From Auanema rhodensis (Eukaryota > Animalia > Nematoda): a stretch of 64,000 nt of DNA. The stretch covers positions 15,872,001 through 15,936,000 of the forward strand of contig OZ059895.1 in the NCBI GenBank assembly GCA_964057225.1, given 5' to 3'. Every line of letters begins with the position of its first letter. Position 1 is the first letter of the stretch. Both the position numbers and the translations under genes were made by a program. Positions 1 to 15,000 of the stretch are shown here, one piece after another. The notes below the pieces were generated by a model. It did no database searches. It saw only the letters and a list, made by a program, of their open reading frames with translations, and was not told the origin of the DNA.

Positions 1-3000
1 CAGCGGACATTCACCGAGCACAACGTGACTACAGCCTGAACTTTTTTGTGAACAATCTTTTGGATGGGCCGGATATAAACCTCTTTTCCGGAAAAACGAA
101 AGATCCTCGTCAATTCTCACTATGAATATCAGATTCTACAGATCTGAATACTTCAGTTTAGTATATTCTTAGTGAAATATGTTTGATGAGGTTCGAGAAA
201 AGCGGACATTCACCGAGCACAACGTGACTACAGCCTGAACTTTTTTGTGAACAATCTTTTGGATGGGCCGGATATAAACCTCTTTTCCGGAAAAACGAAA
301 GATCCTCGTCAATTCTCACTATGAAAATCAGATTCTACAGATCTGAATACCTCAGCTGAGTATATTCTTTTTGAAATATGTTTGATGAGGTTCGAGAAAA
401 GCGGACATTCACCGAGCACAACGTGACTACAGCCTGAACTTTTTTGTGAACAATCTTTTGGATGGGCCGGATATAAACCTCTTTTCCGGAAAAACGAAAG
501 ATCCTCGTCAATTCTCACTATGAAAATCAGATTCTACAGATCTGAATACCTCAGCTGAGTATATTCTTTTTGAAATATGTTTGATGAGGTTCGAGAAAAG
601 CGGACATTCACCGAGCACAACGTGACTACAGCCTGAACTTTTTTGTGAACAATCTTTTGGATGGGCCGGATATAAACCTCTTTTCCGGAAAAACCAAAGA
701 TCCTCGTCAATTCTCACTATGAAAATCAGATTCTACAGATCTGAATACCTCAGCTGAGTATATTCGTTTTGAAATATGTTTGATGAGGTTCGAGAAAAGC
801 GGACATTCACCGAGCACAACGTGACTACAGCCTGAACTTTTTTGTGAACAATCTTTTGGATGGGCCGGATATAAACCTCTTTTCCGGAAAAACGAAAGAT
901 CCTCGTCAATTCTCACTATGAAAATCAGATTCTACAGATCTGAATACCTCAGCTGAGTATATTCGTTTTGAAATATGTTTGATGAGGTTCGAGAAAAGCG
1001 GACATTCACCGAGCACAACGTGACTACAGCCTGAACTTTTTTGTGAACAATCTTTTGGATGGGCCGGATATAAACCTCTTTTCCGGAAAAACGAAAGATC
1101 CTCGTCAATTCTCACTATGAAAATCAGATTCTACAGATCTGAATACCTCAGCTGAGTATATTCTTAGTGAAATATGTTTGATGAGGTTCGAGAAAAGCGG
1201 ACATTCACCGAGCACAACGTGACTACAGCCTGAACTTTTTTGTGAACAATCTTTTGGATGGGCCGGATATAAACCTCTTTTCCGGAAAAACGAAAGATCC
1301 TCGTCAATTCTCACTATGAAAATCAGATTCTACAGATCTGAATACCTCAGCTGAGTATATTCTTTTTGAAATATGTTTGATCAGGTTCGAGAAAAGCGGA
1401 CATTCACCGAGCACAACGTGACTACAGCCTGAACTTTTTTGTGAACAATCTTTTGGATGGGCCGGATATAAACCTCTTTTCCGGAAAAACGAAAGATCCT
1501 CGTCAATTCTCACTATGAAAATCAGATTCTACAGATCTGAATACCTCAGCTGAGTATATTCTTTTTGAAATATGTTTGATCAGGTTCGAGAAAAGCGGAC
1601 ATTCACCGAGCACAACGTGACTACAGCCTGAACTTTTTTGTGAACAATCTTTTGGATGGGCCGGATATAAACCTCTTTTCCGGAAAAACCAAAGATCCTC
1701 GTCAATTCTCACTATGAAAATCAGATTCTACAGATCTGAATACCTCAGCTGAGTATATTCTAAGTGAAATATGTTTGATGAGGTTCGAGAAAAGCGGACA
1801 TTCACCGAGCACAACGTGACTACAGCCTGAACTTTTTTGTGAACAATCTTTTGGATGGGCCGGATATAAACCTCTTTTCCGGAAAAACCAAAGATCCTCG
1901 TCAATTCTCACTATGAAAATCAGATTCTACAGATCTGAATACTTCAGTTGAGTATATTCTTTTTGAAATATGTTTGATGAGGTTCGAGAAAAGCGGACAT
2001 TCACCGAGCACAACGTGACTACAGCCTGAACTTTTTTGTGAACAATCTTTTGGATGGGCCGGATATAAACCTCTTTTCCGGAAAAACCAAAGATCCTCGT
2101 CAATTCTCACTATGAAAATCAGATTCTACAGATCTGAATACCTCAGCTGAGTATATTCTTTTTGAAATATGTTTGATGAGGTTCGAGAAAAGCGGACATT
2201 CACCGAGCACAACGTGACTACAGCCTGAACTTTTTTGTGAACAATCTTTTGGATGGGCCGGATATAAACCTCTTTTCCGGAAAAACGAAAGATCCTCGTC
2301 AATTCTCACTATGAAAATCAGATTCTACAGATCTGAATACCTCAGCTGAGTATATTCTTTTTGAAATATGTTTGATGAGGTTCGAGAAAAGCGGACATTC
2401 ACCGAGCACAACGTGACTACAGCCTGAACTTTTTTGTGAACAATCTTTTGAATGGGCCGGATATAAACCTCGTTTCCGGAAAAACGAAAGATCCTCGTCA
2501 ATTCTCACTATGAAAATCAGATTCTACAGATCTGAATACCTCAGCTGAGTATATTCTTTTTGAAATATGTTTGATGAGGTTCGAGAAAAGCGGACATTCA
2601 CCGAGCACAACGTGACTACAGCCTGAACTTTTTTGTGAACAATCTTTTGAATGGGCCGGATATAAACCTCTTTTCCGGAAAAACGAAAGATCCTCGTCAA
2701 TTCTCACTATGAAAATCAGATTCTACAGATCTGAATACCTCAGCTGAGTATATTCTTTTTGAAATATGTTTGATGAGGTTCGAGAAAAGCGGACATTCAC
2801 CGAGCACAACGTGACTACAGCCTGAACTTTTTTGTGAACAATCTTTTGGATGGGCCGGATATAAACCTCTTTTCCGGAAAAACGAAAGATCCTCGTCAAT
2901 TCTCACTATGAAAATCAGATTCTACAGATCTGAATACCTCAGCTGAGTATATTCTTTTTGAAATATGTTTGATGAGGTTCGAGAAAAGCGGACATTCACC

Positions 3001-6000
3001 GAGCACAACGTGACTACAGCCTGAACTTTTTTGTGAACAATCTTTTGGATGAGCCGGATATAAACCTCTTTTCCGGAAAAACGAAAGATCCTCGTCAATT
3101 CTCACTATGAAAATCAGATTCTACAGATCTGAATACCTCAGCTGAGTATATTCTTAGTGAAATATGTTTGATGAGGTTCGAGAAAAGCGGACATTCACCG
3201 AGCACAACGTGACTACAGCCTGAACTTTTTTGTGAACAATCTTTTGGATGGGCCGGATATAAACCTCTTTTCCGGAAAAACGAAAGATCCTCGTCAATTC
3301 TCACTATGAAAATCAGATTCTACAGATCTGAATACCTCAGCTGAGTATATTCTTAGTGAAATATGTTTGATGAGGTTCGAGAAAAGCGGACATTCACCGA
3401 GCACAACGTGACTACAGCCTAAACTTTTTTGTGAACAATCTTTTGGATGGGCCGGATATAAACCTCTTTTCCGGAAAAACGAAAGATCCTCGTCAATTCT
3501 CACTATGAAAATCAGATTCTACAGATCTGAATACCTCAGCTGAGTATATTCTTTTTGAAATATGTTTGATGAGGTTCGAGAAAAGCGGACATTCACCGAG
3601 CACAACGTGACTACAGCCTAAACTTTTTTGTGGACAATCTTTTGGATGGGCCGGATATAAACCTCTTTTCCGGAAAAACCAAAGATCCTCGTCAATTCTC
3701 ACTATGAAAATCAGATTCTACAGATCTGAATACCTCAGCTGAGTATATTCTAAGTGAAATATGTTTGATGAGGTTCGAGAAAAGCGGACATTCACCGAGC
3801 ACAACGTGACTACAGCCTGAACTTTTTTGTGAACAATCTTTTGGATGGGCCGGATATAAACCTCTTTTCCGGAAAAACGAAAGATCCTCGTCAATTCTCA
3901 CTATGAAAATCAGATTCTACAGATCTGAATACTTCAGTTTAGTATATTCTTAGTGAAATATGTTTGATGAGGTTCGAGAAAAGCGGACATTCACCGAGCA
4001 CAACGTGACTACAGCCTGAACTTTTTTGTGAACAATCTTTTGGATGGGCCGGATATAAACCTCGTTTCCGGAAAAACCAAAGATCCTCGTCAATTCTCAC
4101 TATGAAAATCAGATTCTATAGATCTGAATACCTCAGCTGAGTATATTCTTAGTGAAATATGTTTGATGAGGTTCGAGAAAAGCGGACATTCACCGAGCAC
4201 AACGTGACTACAGCCTGAACTTTTTTGTGAACAATCTTTTGGATGGGCCGGATATAAACCTCTTTTCCGGAAAAACGAAAGATCCTCGTCAATTCTCACT
4301 ATGAAAATCAGATTCTACAGATCTGAATACCTCAGCTGAGTATATTCTTAGTGAAATATGTTTGATGAGGTTCGAGAAAAGCGGACATTCACCGAGCACA
4401 ACGTGACTACAGCCTAAACTTTTTTGTGAACAATCTTTTGGATGGGCCGGATATAAACCTCGTTTCCGGAAAAACCAAAGATCCTCGTCAATTCTCACTA
4501 TGAAAATCAGATTCTACAGATCTGAATACCTCAGCTGAGTATATTCTTTTTGAAATATGTTTGATGAGGTTCGAGAAAAGCGGACATTCACCGAGCACAA
4601 CGTGACTACAGCCTAAACTTTTTTGTGAACAATCTTTTGGATGGGCCGGATATAAACCTCTTTTCCGGAAAAACGAAAGATCCTCGTCAATTCTCACTAT
4701 GAAAATCAGATTCTACAGATCTGAATACCTCAGCTGAGTATATTCTTTTTGAAATATGTTTGATGAGGTTCGAGAAAAGCGGACATTCACCGAGCACAAC
4801 GTGACTACAGCCTGAACTTTTTTGTGAACAATCTTTTGGATGGGCCGGATATAAACCTCTTTTCCGGAAAAACGAAAGATCCTCGTCAATTCTCACTATG
4901 AAAATCAGATTCTACAGATCTGAATACCTCAGCTGAGTATATTCTAAGTGAAATATGTTTGATGAGGTTCGAGAAAAGCGGACATTCACCGAGCACAACG
5001 TGACTACAGCCTGAACTTTTTTGTGAACAATCTTTTGGATGGGCCGGATATAAACCTCGTTTCCGGAAAAACCAAAGATCCTTGTCAATTCTCACTATGA
5101 AAATCAGATTCTACAGATCTGAATACCTCAGCTGAGTATATTCTAAGTGAAATATGTTTGATGAGGTTCGAGAAAAGCGGACATTCACCGAGCACAACGT
5201 GACTACAGCCTGAACTTTTTTGTGAACAATCTTTTGAATGGGCCGGATATAAACCTCTTTTCCGGAAAAACGAAAGATCCTCGTCAATTCTCACTATGAA
5301 AATCAGATTCTACAGATCTGAATACCTCAGCTGAGTATATTCTTTTTGAAATATGTTTGATGAGGTTCGAGAAAAGCGGACATTCACCGAGCACAACGTG
5401 ACTACAGCCTGAACTTTTTTGTGAACAATCTTTTGAATGGGCCGGATATAAACCTCGTTTCCGGAAAAACCAAAGATCCTCGTCAATTCTCACTATGAAA
5501 ATCAGATTCTACAGATCTGAATACCTCAGCTGAGTATATTCTAAGTGAAATATGTTTGATGAGGTTCGAGAAAAGCGGACATTCACCGAGCACAACGTGA
5601 CTACAGCCTGAACTTTTTTGTGAACAATCTTTTGGATGGGCCGGATATAAACCTCGTTTCCGGAAAAACCAAAGATCCTCGTCAATTCTCACTATGAAAA
5701 TCAGATTCTACAGATCTGAATACCTCAGCTGAGTATATTCTAAGTGAAATATGTTTGATGAGGTTCGAGAAAAGCGGACATTCACCGAGCACAACGTGAC
5801 TACAGCCTGAACTTTTTTGTGAACAATCTTTTGGATGGGCCGGATATAAACCTCTTTTCCGGAAAAACCAAAGATCCTCGTCAATTCTCACTATGAAAAT
5901 CAGATTCTACAGATCTGAATACCTCAGCTGAGTATATTCTAAGTGAAATATGTTTGATGAGGTTCGAGAAAAGCGGACATTCACCGAGCACAACGTGACT

Positions 6001-9000
6001 ACAGCCTGAACTTTTTTGTGAACAATCTTTTGGATGGGCCGGATATAAACCTCTTTTCCGGAAAAGCGAAAGATCCTCGTCAATTCTCACTATGAAAATC
6101 AGATTCTACAGATCTGAATACCTCAGCTGAGTATATTCTAAGTGAAATATGTTTGATGAGGTTCGAGAAAAGCGGACATTCACCGAGCACAACGTGACTA
6201 CAGCCTGAACTTTTTTGTGAACAATCTTTTGGATGGGCCGGATATAAACCTCGTTTCCGGAAAAACCAAAGATCCTCGTCAATTCTCACTATGAAAATCA
6301 GATTCTACAGATCTGAATACCTCAGCTGAGTATATTCTTTTTGAAATATGTTTGATCAGGTTCGAGAAAAGCGGACATTCACCGAGCACAACGTGACTAC
6401 AGCCTGAACTTTTTTGTGAACAATCTTTTGGATGGGCCGGATATAAACCTCGTTTCCGGAAAAACCAAAGATCCTCGTCAATTCTCACTATGAAAATCAG
6501 ATTCTACAGATCTGAATACCTCAGCTGAGTATATTCTAAGTGAAATATGTTTGATGAGGTTCGAGAAAAGCGGACATTCACCGAGCACAACGTGACTACA
6601 GCCTGAACTTTTTTGTGAACAATCTTTTGGATGGGCCGGATATAAACCTCGTTTCCGGAAAAACCAAAGATCCTCGTCAATTCTCACTATGAAAATCAGA
6701 TTCTACAGATCTGAATACCTCAGCTGAGTATATTCTAAGTGAAATATGTTTGATGAGGTTCGAGAAAAGCGGACATTCACCGAGCACAACGTGACTACAG
6801 CCTGAACTTTTTTGTGAACAATCTTTTGGATGGGCCGGATATAAACCTCTTTTCCGGAAAAACCAAAGATCCTCGTCAATTCTCACTATGAAAATCAGAT
6901 TCTACAGATCTGAATACCTCAGCTGAGTATATTCTAAGTGAAATATGTTTGATGAGGTTCGAGAAAAGCGGACATTCACCGAGCACAACGTGACTACAGC
7001 CTGAACTTTTTTGTGAACAATCTTTTGGATGGGCCGGATATAAACCTCTTTTCCCGAAAAGCGAAAGATCCTCGTCAATTCTCACTATGAAAATCAGATT
7101 CTACAGATCTGAATACCTCAGCTGAGTATATTCTAAGTGAAATATGTTTGATGAGGTTCGAGAAAAGCGGACATTCACCGAGCACAACGTGACTACAGCC
7201 TGAACTTTTTTGTGAACAATCTTTTGGATGGGCCGGATATAAACCTCGTTTCCGGAAAAACCAAAGATCCTCGTCAATTCTCACTATGAAAATCAGATTC
7301 TACAGATCTGAATACCTCAGCTGAGTATATTCTTTTTGAAATATGTTTGATCAGGTTCGAGAAAAGCGGACATTCACCGAGCACAACGTGACTACAGCCT
7401 GAACTTTTTTGTGAACAATCTTTTGGATGGGCCGGATATAAACCTCGTTTCCGGAAAAACCAAAGATCCTCGTCAATTCTCACTATGAAAATCAGATTCT
7501 ACAGATCTGAATACCTCAGCTGAGTATATTCTAAGTGAAATATGTTTGATGAGGTTCGAGAAAAGCGGACATTCACCGAGCACAACGTGACTACAGCCTG
7601 AACTTTTTTGTGAACAATCTTTTGGATGGGCCGGATATAAACCTCGTTTCCGGAAAAACCAAAGATCCTCGTCAATTCTCACTATGAAAATCAGATTCTA
7701 CAGATCTGAATACTTCAGTTTAGTATATTCTTAGTGAAATATGTTTGATGAGGTTCGAGAAAAGCGGACATTCACCGAGCACAACGTGACTACAGCCTGT
7801 ACTTTTTTGTGAACAATCTTTTGGATGGGCCGGATATAAACCTCTTTTCCGGAAAAACCAAAGATCCTCGTCAATTCTCACTATGAAAATCAGATTCTAC
7901 AGATCTGAATACTTCAGTTGAGTATATTCTTTTTGAAATATGTTTGATGAGGTTCGAGAAAAGCGGACATTCACCGAGCACAACGTGACTACAGCCTGAA
8001 CTTTTTTGTGAACAATCTTTTGGATGGGCCGGATATAAACCTCGTTTCCGGAAAAACCAAAGATCCTCGTCAATTCTCACTATGAAAATCAGATTCTACA
8101 GATCTGAATACCTCAGCTGAGTATATTCTTTTTGAAATATGTTTGATGAGGTTCGAGAAAAGCGGACATTCACCGAGCACAACGTGACTACAGCCTGAAC
8201 TTTTTTGTGAACAATCTTTTGGATGGGCCGGATATAAACCTCGTTTCCGGAAAAACCAAAGATCCTCGTCAATTCTCACTATGAAAATCAGATTCTACAG
8301 ATCTGAATACCTCAGCTGAGTATATTCTTTTTCAAATATGTTTGATGAGGTTCGAGAAAAGCGGACATTCACCGAGCACAACGTGACTACAGCCTGAACT
8401 TTTTTGTGAACAATCTTTTGGATGGGCCGGATATAAACCTCTTTTCCGGAAAAACGAAAGATCCTCGTCAATTCTCACTATGAAAATCAGATTCTACAGA
8501 TCTGAATACCTCAGCTGAGTATATTCTTTTTGAAATATGTTTGATGAGGTTCGAGAAAAGCGGACATTCACCGAGCACAACGTGACTACAGCCTGAACTT
8601 TTTTGTGAACAATCTTTTGGATGGGCCGGATATAAACCTCGTTTCCGGAAAAACCAAAGATCCTCGTCAATTCTCACTATGAAAATCAGATTCTACAGAT
8701 CTGAATACCTCAGCTGAGTATATTCTTTTTCAAATATGTTTGATGAGGTTCGAGAAAAGCGGACATTCACCGAGCACAACGTGACTACAGCCTGAACTTT
8801 TTTGTGAACAATCTTTTGGATGGGCCGGATATAAACCTCTTTTCCGGAAAAACGAAAGATCCTCGTCAATTCTCACTATGAAAATCAGATTCTACAGATC
8901 TGAATACCTCAGCTGAGTATATTCTTTTTGAAATATGTTTGATGAGGTTCGAGAAAAGCGGACATTCACCGAGCACAACGTGACTACAGCCTGAACTTTT

Positions 9001-12000
9001 TTGTGAACAATCTTTTGGATGGGCCGGATATAAACCTCTTTTCCGGAAAAACGAAAGATCCTCGTCAATTCTCACTATGAAAATCAGATTCTACAGATCT
9101 GAATAACTCAGCTGAGTATATTCTTTTTGAAATATGTTTGATGAGGTTCGAGAAAAGCGGACATTCACCCAGCACAACGTGACTACAGCCTGAACTTTTT
9201 TGTGAACAATCTTTTGGATGGGCCGGATATAAACCTCTTTTCCGGAAAAACGAAAGATCCTCGTCAATTCTCACTATGAAAATCAGATTCTACAGATCTG
9301 AATACCTCAGCTGAGTATATTCTTTTTGAAATATGTTTGATGAGGTTCGAGAAAAGCGGACATTCACCGAGCACAACGTGACTACAGCCTGAACTTTTTT
9401 GTGAACAATCTTTTGGATGGGCCGGATATAAACCTCTTTTCCGGAAAAATGAAAGATCCTCGTCAATTCTCACTATGAAAATCAGATTCTACAGATCTGA
9501 ATACTTCAGTTGAGTATATTCTTTTTGAAATATGTTTGATGAGGTTCGAGAAAAGCGGACATTCACCGAGCACAACGTGACTACAGCCTGAACTTTTTTG
9601 TGAACAATCTTTTGGATGGGCCGGATATAAACCTCTTTTCCGGAAAAACCAAAGATCCTCGTCATTTCTCACTATGAAAATCAGATTCTACAGATCTGAA
9701 TACTTCAGTTGAGTATATTCTTTTTGAAATATGTTTGATGAGGTTCGAGAAAAGCGGACATTCACCGAGCACAACGTGACTACAGCCTGAACTTTTTTGT
9801 GAACAATCTTTTGGATGGGCCGGATATAAACCTCTTTTCCGGAAAAATGAAAGATCCTCGTCAATTCTCACTATGAAAATCAGATTCTACAGATCTGAAT
9901 ACTTCAGTTGAGTATATTCTTTTTGAAATATGTTTGATGAGGTTCGAGAAAAGCGGACATTCACCGAGCACAACGTGACTACAGCCTGAACTTTTTTGTG
10001 AACAATCTTTTGGATGGGCCGGATATAAACCTCTTTTCCGGAAAAACCAAAGATCCTCGTCATTTCTCACTATGAAAATCAGATTCTACAGATCTGAATA
10101 CTTCAGTTGAGTATATTCTTTTTGAAATATGTTTGATGAGGTTCGAGAAAAGCGGACATTCACCGAGCACAACGTGACTACAGCCTGAACTTTTTTGTGA
10201 ACAATCTTTTGAATGGGCCGGATATAAACCTCGTTTCCGGAAAAACCAAAGATCCTCGTCAATTCTCACTATGAAAATCAGATTCTACAGATCTGAATAC
10301 CTCAGCTGAGTATATTCTTTTTGAAATATGTTTGATGAGGTTCGAGAAAAGCGGACATTCACCGAGCACAACGTGACTACAGCCTGAACTTTTTTGTGAA
10401 CAATCTTTTGGATGGGCCGGATATAAACCTCTTTTCCGGAAAAACGAAAGATCCTCGTCAATTCTCACTATGAAAATCAGATTCTACAGATCTGAATACT
10501 TCAGTTTAGTATATTCGTATTGAAATATGTTTGATGAGGTTCGAGAAAAGCGGACATTCACCGAGCACAATGTGACTACAGCCTGAACTTTTTTGTGAAC
10601 AATCTTTTGGATGGGCCGGATATAAACCTCTTTTCCGGAAAAACCAAAGATCCTCGTCAATTCTCACTATGAAAATCAGATTCTACAGATCTGAATACCT
10701 CAGCTGAGTATATTCTTAGTGAAATATGTTTGATGAGGTTCGAGAAAAGCGGACATTCACCGAGCACAACGTGACTACAGCCTGAACTTTTTTGTGAACA
10801 ATCTTTTGGATGGGCCGGATATAAACCTCTTTTCCGGAAAAACCAAAGATCCTCGTCAATTCTCACTATGAAAATCAGATTCTACAGATCTGAATACCTC
10901 AGCTGAGTATATTCTTAGTGAAATATGTTTGATGAGGTTCGAGAAAAGCGGACATTCACCGAGCACAACGTGACTACAGCCTGAACTTTTTTGTGAACAA
11001 TCTTTTGGATGGGCCGGATATAAACCTCTTTTCCGGAAAAACCAAAGATCCTCGTCATTTCTCACTATGAAAATCAGATTCTACAGATCTGAATACCTCA
11101 GCTGAGTATATTCTTTTTGAAATATGTTTGATGAGGTTCGAGAAAAGCGGACATTCACCGAGCACAACGTGACTACAGCCTGAACTTTTTTGTGAACAAT
11201 CTTTTGGATGGGCCGGATATAAACCTCTTTTCCGGAAAAACCAAAGATCCTCGTCATTTCTCACTATGAAAATCAGATTCTACAGATCTGAATACTTCAG
11301 TTGAGTATATTCTTTTTGAAATATGTTTGATGAGGTTCGAGAAAAGCGGACATTCACCGAGCACAACGTGACTACAGCCTGAACTTTTTTGTGAACAATC
11401 TTTTGGATGGGCCGGATATAAACCTCTTTTCCGGAAAAATGAAAGATCCTCGTCAATTCTCACTATGAAAATCAGATTCTACAGATCTGAATACTTCAGT
11501 TGAGTATATTCTTTTTGAAATATGTTTGATGAGGTTCGAGAAAAGCGGACATTCACCGAGCACAACGTGACTACAGCCTGAACTTTTTTGTGAACAATCT
11601 TTTGGATGGGCCGGATATAAACCTCTTTTCCGGAAAAACCAAAGATCCTCGTCATTTCTCACTATGAAAATCAGATTCTACAGATCTGAATACTTCAGTT
11701 GAGTATATTCTTTTTGAAATATGTTTGATGAGGTTCGAGAAAAGCGGACATTCACCGAGCACAACGTGACTACAGCCTGAACTTTTTTGTGAACAATCTT
11801 TTGAATGGGCCGGATATAAACCTCGTTTCCGGAAAAACCAAAGATCCTCGTCAATTCTCACTATGAAAATCAGATTCTACAGATCTGAATACCTCAGCTG
11901 AGTATATTCTTTTTGAAATATGTTTGATGAGGTTCGAGAAAAGCGGACATTCACCGAGCACAACGTGACTACAGCCTGAACTTTTTTGTGAACAATCTTT

Positions 12001-15000
12001 TGGATGGGCCGGATATAAACCTCTTTTCCGGAAAAACGAAAGATCCTCGTCAATTCTCACTATGAAAATCAGATTCTACAGATCTGAATACTTCAGTTTA
12101 GTATATTCGTATTGAAATATGTTTGATGAGGTTCGAGAAAAGCGGACATTCACCGAGCACAATGTGACTACAGCCTGAACTTTTTTGTGAACAATCTTTT
12201 GGATGGGCCGGATATAAACCTCTTTTCCGGAAAAACCAAAGATCCTCGTCAATTCTCACTATGAAAATCAGATTCTACAGATCTGAATACCTCAGCTGAG
12301 TATATTCTTAGTGAAATATGTTTGATGAGGTTCGAGAAAAGCGGACATTCACCGAGCACAACGTGACTACAGCCTGAACTTTTTTGTGAACAATCTTTTG
12401 GATGGGCCGGATATAAACCTCTTTTCCGGAAAAACCAAAGATCCTCGTCAATTCTCACTATGAAAATCAGATTCTACAGATCTGAATACCTCAGCTGAGT
12501 ATATTCTTAGTGAAATATGTTTGATGAGGTTCGAGAAAAGCGGACATTCACCGAGCACAACGTGACTACAGCCTGAACTTTTTTGTGAACAATCTTTTGG
12601 ATGGGCCGGATATAAACCTCTTTTCCGGAAAAACCAAAGATCCTCGTCATTTCTCACTATGAAAATCAGATTCTACAGATCTGAATACCTCAGCTGAGTA
12701 TATTCTTTTTGAAATATGTTTGATGAGGTTCGAGAAAAGCGGACATTCACCGAGCACAACGTGACTACAGCCTGAACTTTTTTGTGAACAATCTTTTGGA
12801 TGGGCCGGATATAAACCTCGTTTCCGGAAAAACGAAAGATCCTCGTCAATTCTCACTATGAAAATCAGATTCTACAGATCTGAATACTTCAGTTTAGTAT
12901 ATTCTTAGTGAAATATGTTTGATGAGGTTCGAGAAAAGCGGACATTCACCGAGCACAACGTGACTACAGCCTGAACTTTTTTGTGAACAATCTTTTGGAT
13001 GGGCCGGATATAAACCTCGTTTCCGGAAAAACCAAAGATCCTCGTCAATTCTCACTATGAAAATCAGATTCTACAGATCTGAATACTTCAGTTGAGTATA
13101 TTCTTTTTGAAATATGTTTGATGAGGTTCGAGAAAAGCGGACATTCACCGAGCACAACGTGACTACAGCCTGAACTTTTTTGTGAACAATCTTTTGGATG
13201 GGCCGGATATAAACCTCTTTTCCGGAAAAACCAAAGATCCTCGTCAATTCTCACTATGAAAATCAGATTCTACAGATCTGAATACCTCAGCTGAGTATAT
13301 TCTTAGTGAAATATGTTTGATGAGGTTCGAGAAAAGCGGACATTCACCGAGCACAACGTGACTACAGCCTGAACTTTTTTGTGAACAATCTTTTGGATGG
13401 GCCGGATATAAACCTCTTTTCCGGAAAAACCAAAGATCCTCGTCATTTCTCACTATGAAAATCAGATTCTACAGATCTGAATACCTCAGCTGAGTATATT
13501 CTTTTTGAAATATGTTTGATGAGGTTCGAGAAAAGCGGACATTCACCGAGCACAACGTGACTACAGCCTGAACTTTTTTGTGAACAATCTTTTGGATGGG
13601 CCGGATATAAACCTCTTTTCCGGAAAAACCAAAGATCCTCGTCAATTCTCACTATGAAAATCAGATTCTACAGATCTGAATACCTCAGCTGAGTATATTC
13701 TTTTTGAAATATGTTTGATGAGGTTCGAGAAAAGCGGACATTCACCGAGCACAACGTGACTACAGCCTGAACTTTTTTGTGAACAATCTTTTGGATGGGC
13801 CGGATATAAACCTCTTTTCCGGAAAAACCAAAGATCCTCGTCAATTCTCACTATGAAAATCAGATTCTACAGATCTGAATACCTCAGCTGAGTATATTCT
13901 TTTTGAAATATGTTTGATGAGGTTCGAGAAAAGCGGACATTCACCGAGCACAACGTGACTACAGCCTGAACTTTTTTGTGAACAATCTTTTGGATGGGCC
14001 GGATATAAACCTCTTTTCCGGAAAAACCAAAGATCCTCGTCATTTCTCACTATGAAAATCAGATTCTACAGATCTGAATACCTCAGCTGAGTATATTCTT
14101 TTTGAAATATGTTTGATGAGGTTCGAGAAAAGCGGACATTCACCGAGCACAACGTGACTACAGCCTGAACTTTTTTGTGAACAATCTTTTGGATGGGCCG
14201 GATATAAACCTCTTTTCCGGAAAAACCAAAGATCCTCGTCAATTCTCACTATGAAAATCAGATTCTATAGATCTGAATACCTCAGCTGAGTATATTCTAA
14301 GTGAAATATGTTTGATGAGGTTCGAGAAAAGCGGACATTCACCGAGCACAACGTGACTACAGCCTGAACTTTTTTGTGAACAATCTTTTGGATGGGCCGG
14401 ATATAAACCTCTTTTCCGGAAAAACCAAAGATCCTCGTCAATTCTCACTATGAAAATCAGATTCTACAGATCTGAATACTTCAGTTGAGTATATTCTTTT
14501 TGAAATATGTTTGATGAGGTTCGAGAAAAGCGGACATTCACCGAGCACAACGTGACTACAGCCTGAACTTTTTTGTGAACAATCTTTTGGATGGGCCGGA
14601 TATAAACCTCTTTTCCGGAAAAACCAAAGATCCTCGTCAATTCTCACTATGAAAATCAGATTCTACAGATCTGAATACCTCAGCTGAGTATATTCTTTTT
14701 GAAATATGTTTGATGAGGTTCGAGAAAAGCGGACATTCACCGAGCACAACGTGACTACAGCCTGAACTGTTTTGTGAACAATCTTTTGGATGGGCCGGAT
14801 ATAAACCTCTTTTCCGGAAAAACCAAAGATCCTCGTCAATTCTCACTATGAAAATCAGATTCTACAGATCTGAATACCTCAGCTGAGTATATTCTTTTTG
14901 AAATATGTTTGATGAGGTTCGAGAAAAGCGGACATTCACCGAGCACAACGTGACTACAGCCTGAACTTTTTTGTGAACAATCTTTTGGATGGGCCGGATA

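Noticed and set aside
180-320. Hammerhead ribozyme or retrozyme in the satellite (TTGATGAG ... CGAAA ... GTC)
   Set aside because: The core has U instead of C3, stems II and III cannot form next to the core, and the frequent AACCAAAG allele destroys GAAA.
345-400. tRNA-derived Pol III A/B boxes in the satellite (CAGCTGAGT ... GGTTCGAGAA)
   Set aside because: The B-box lacks the conserved final C, the A-box lacks GG, and no cloverleaf forms.
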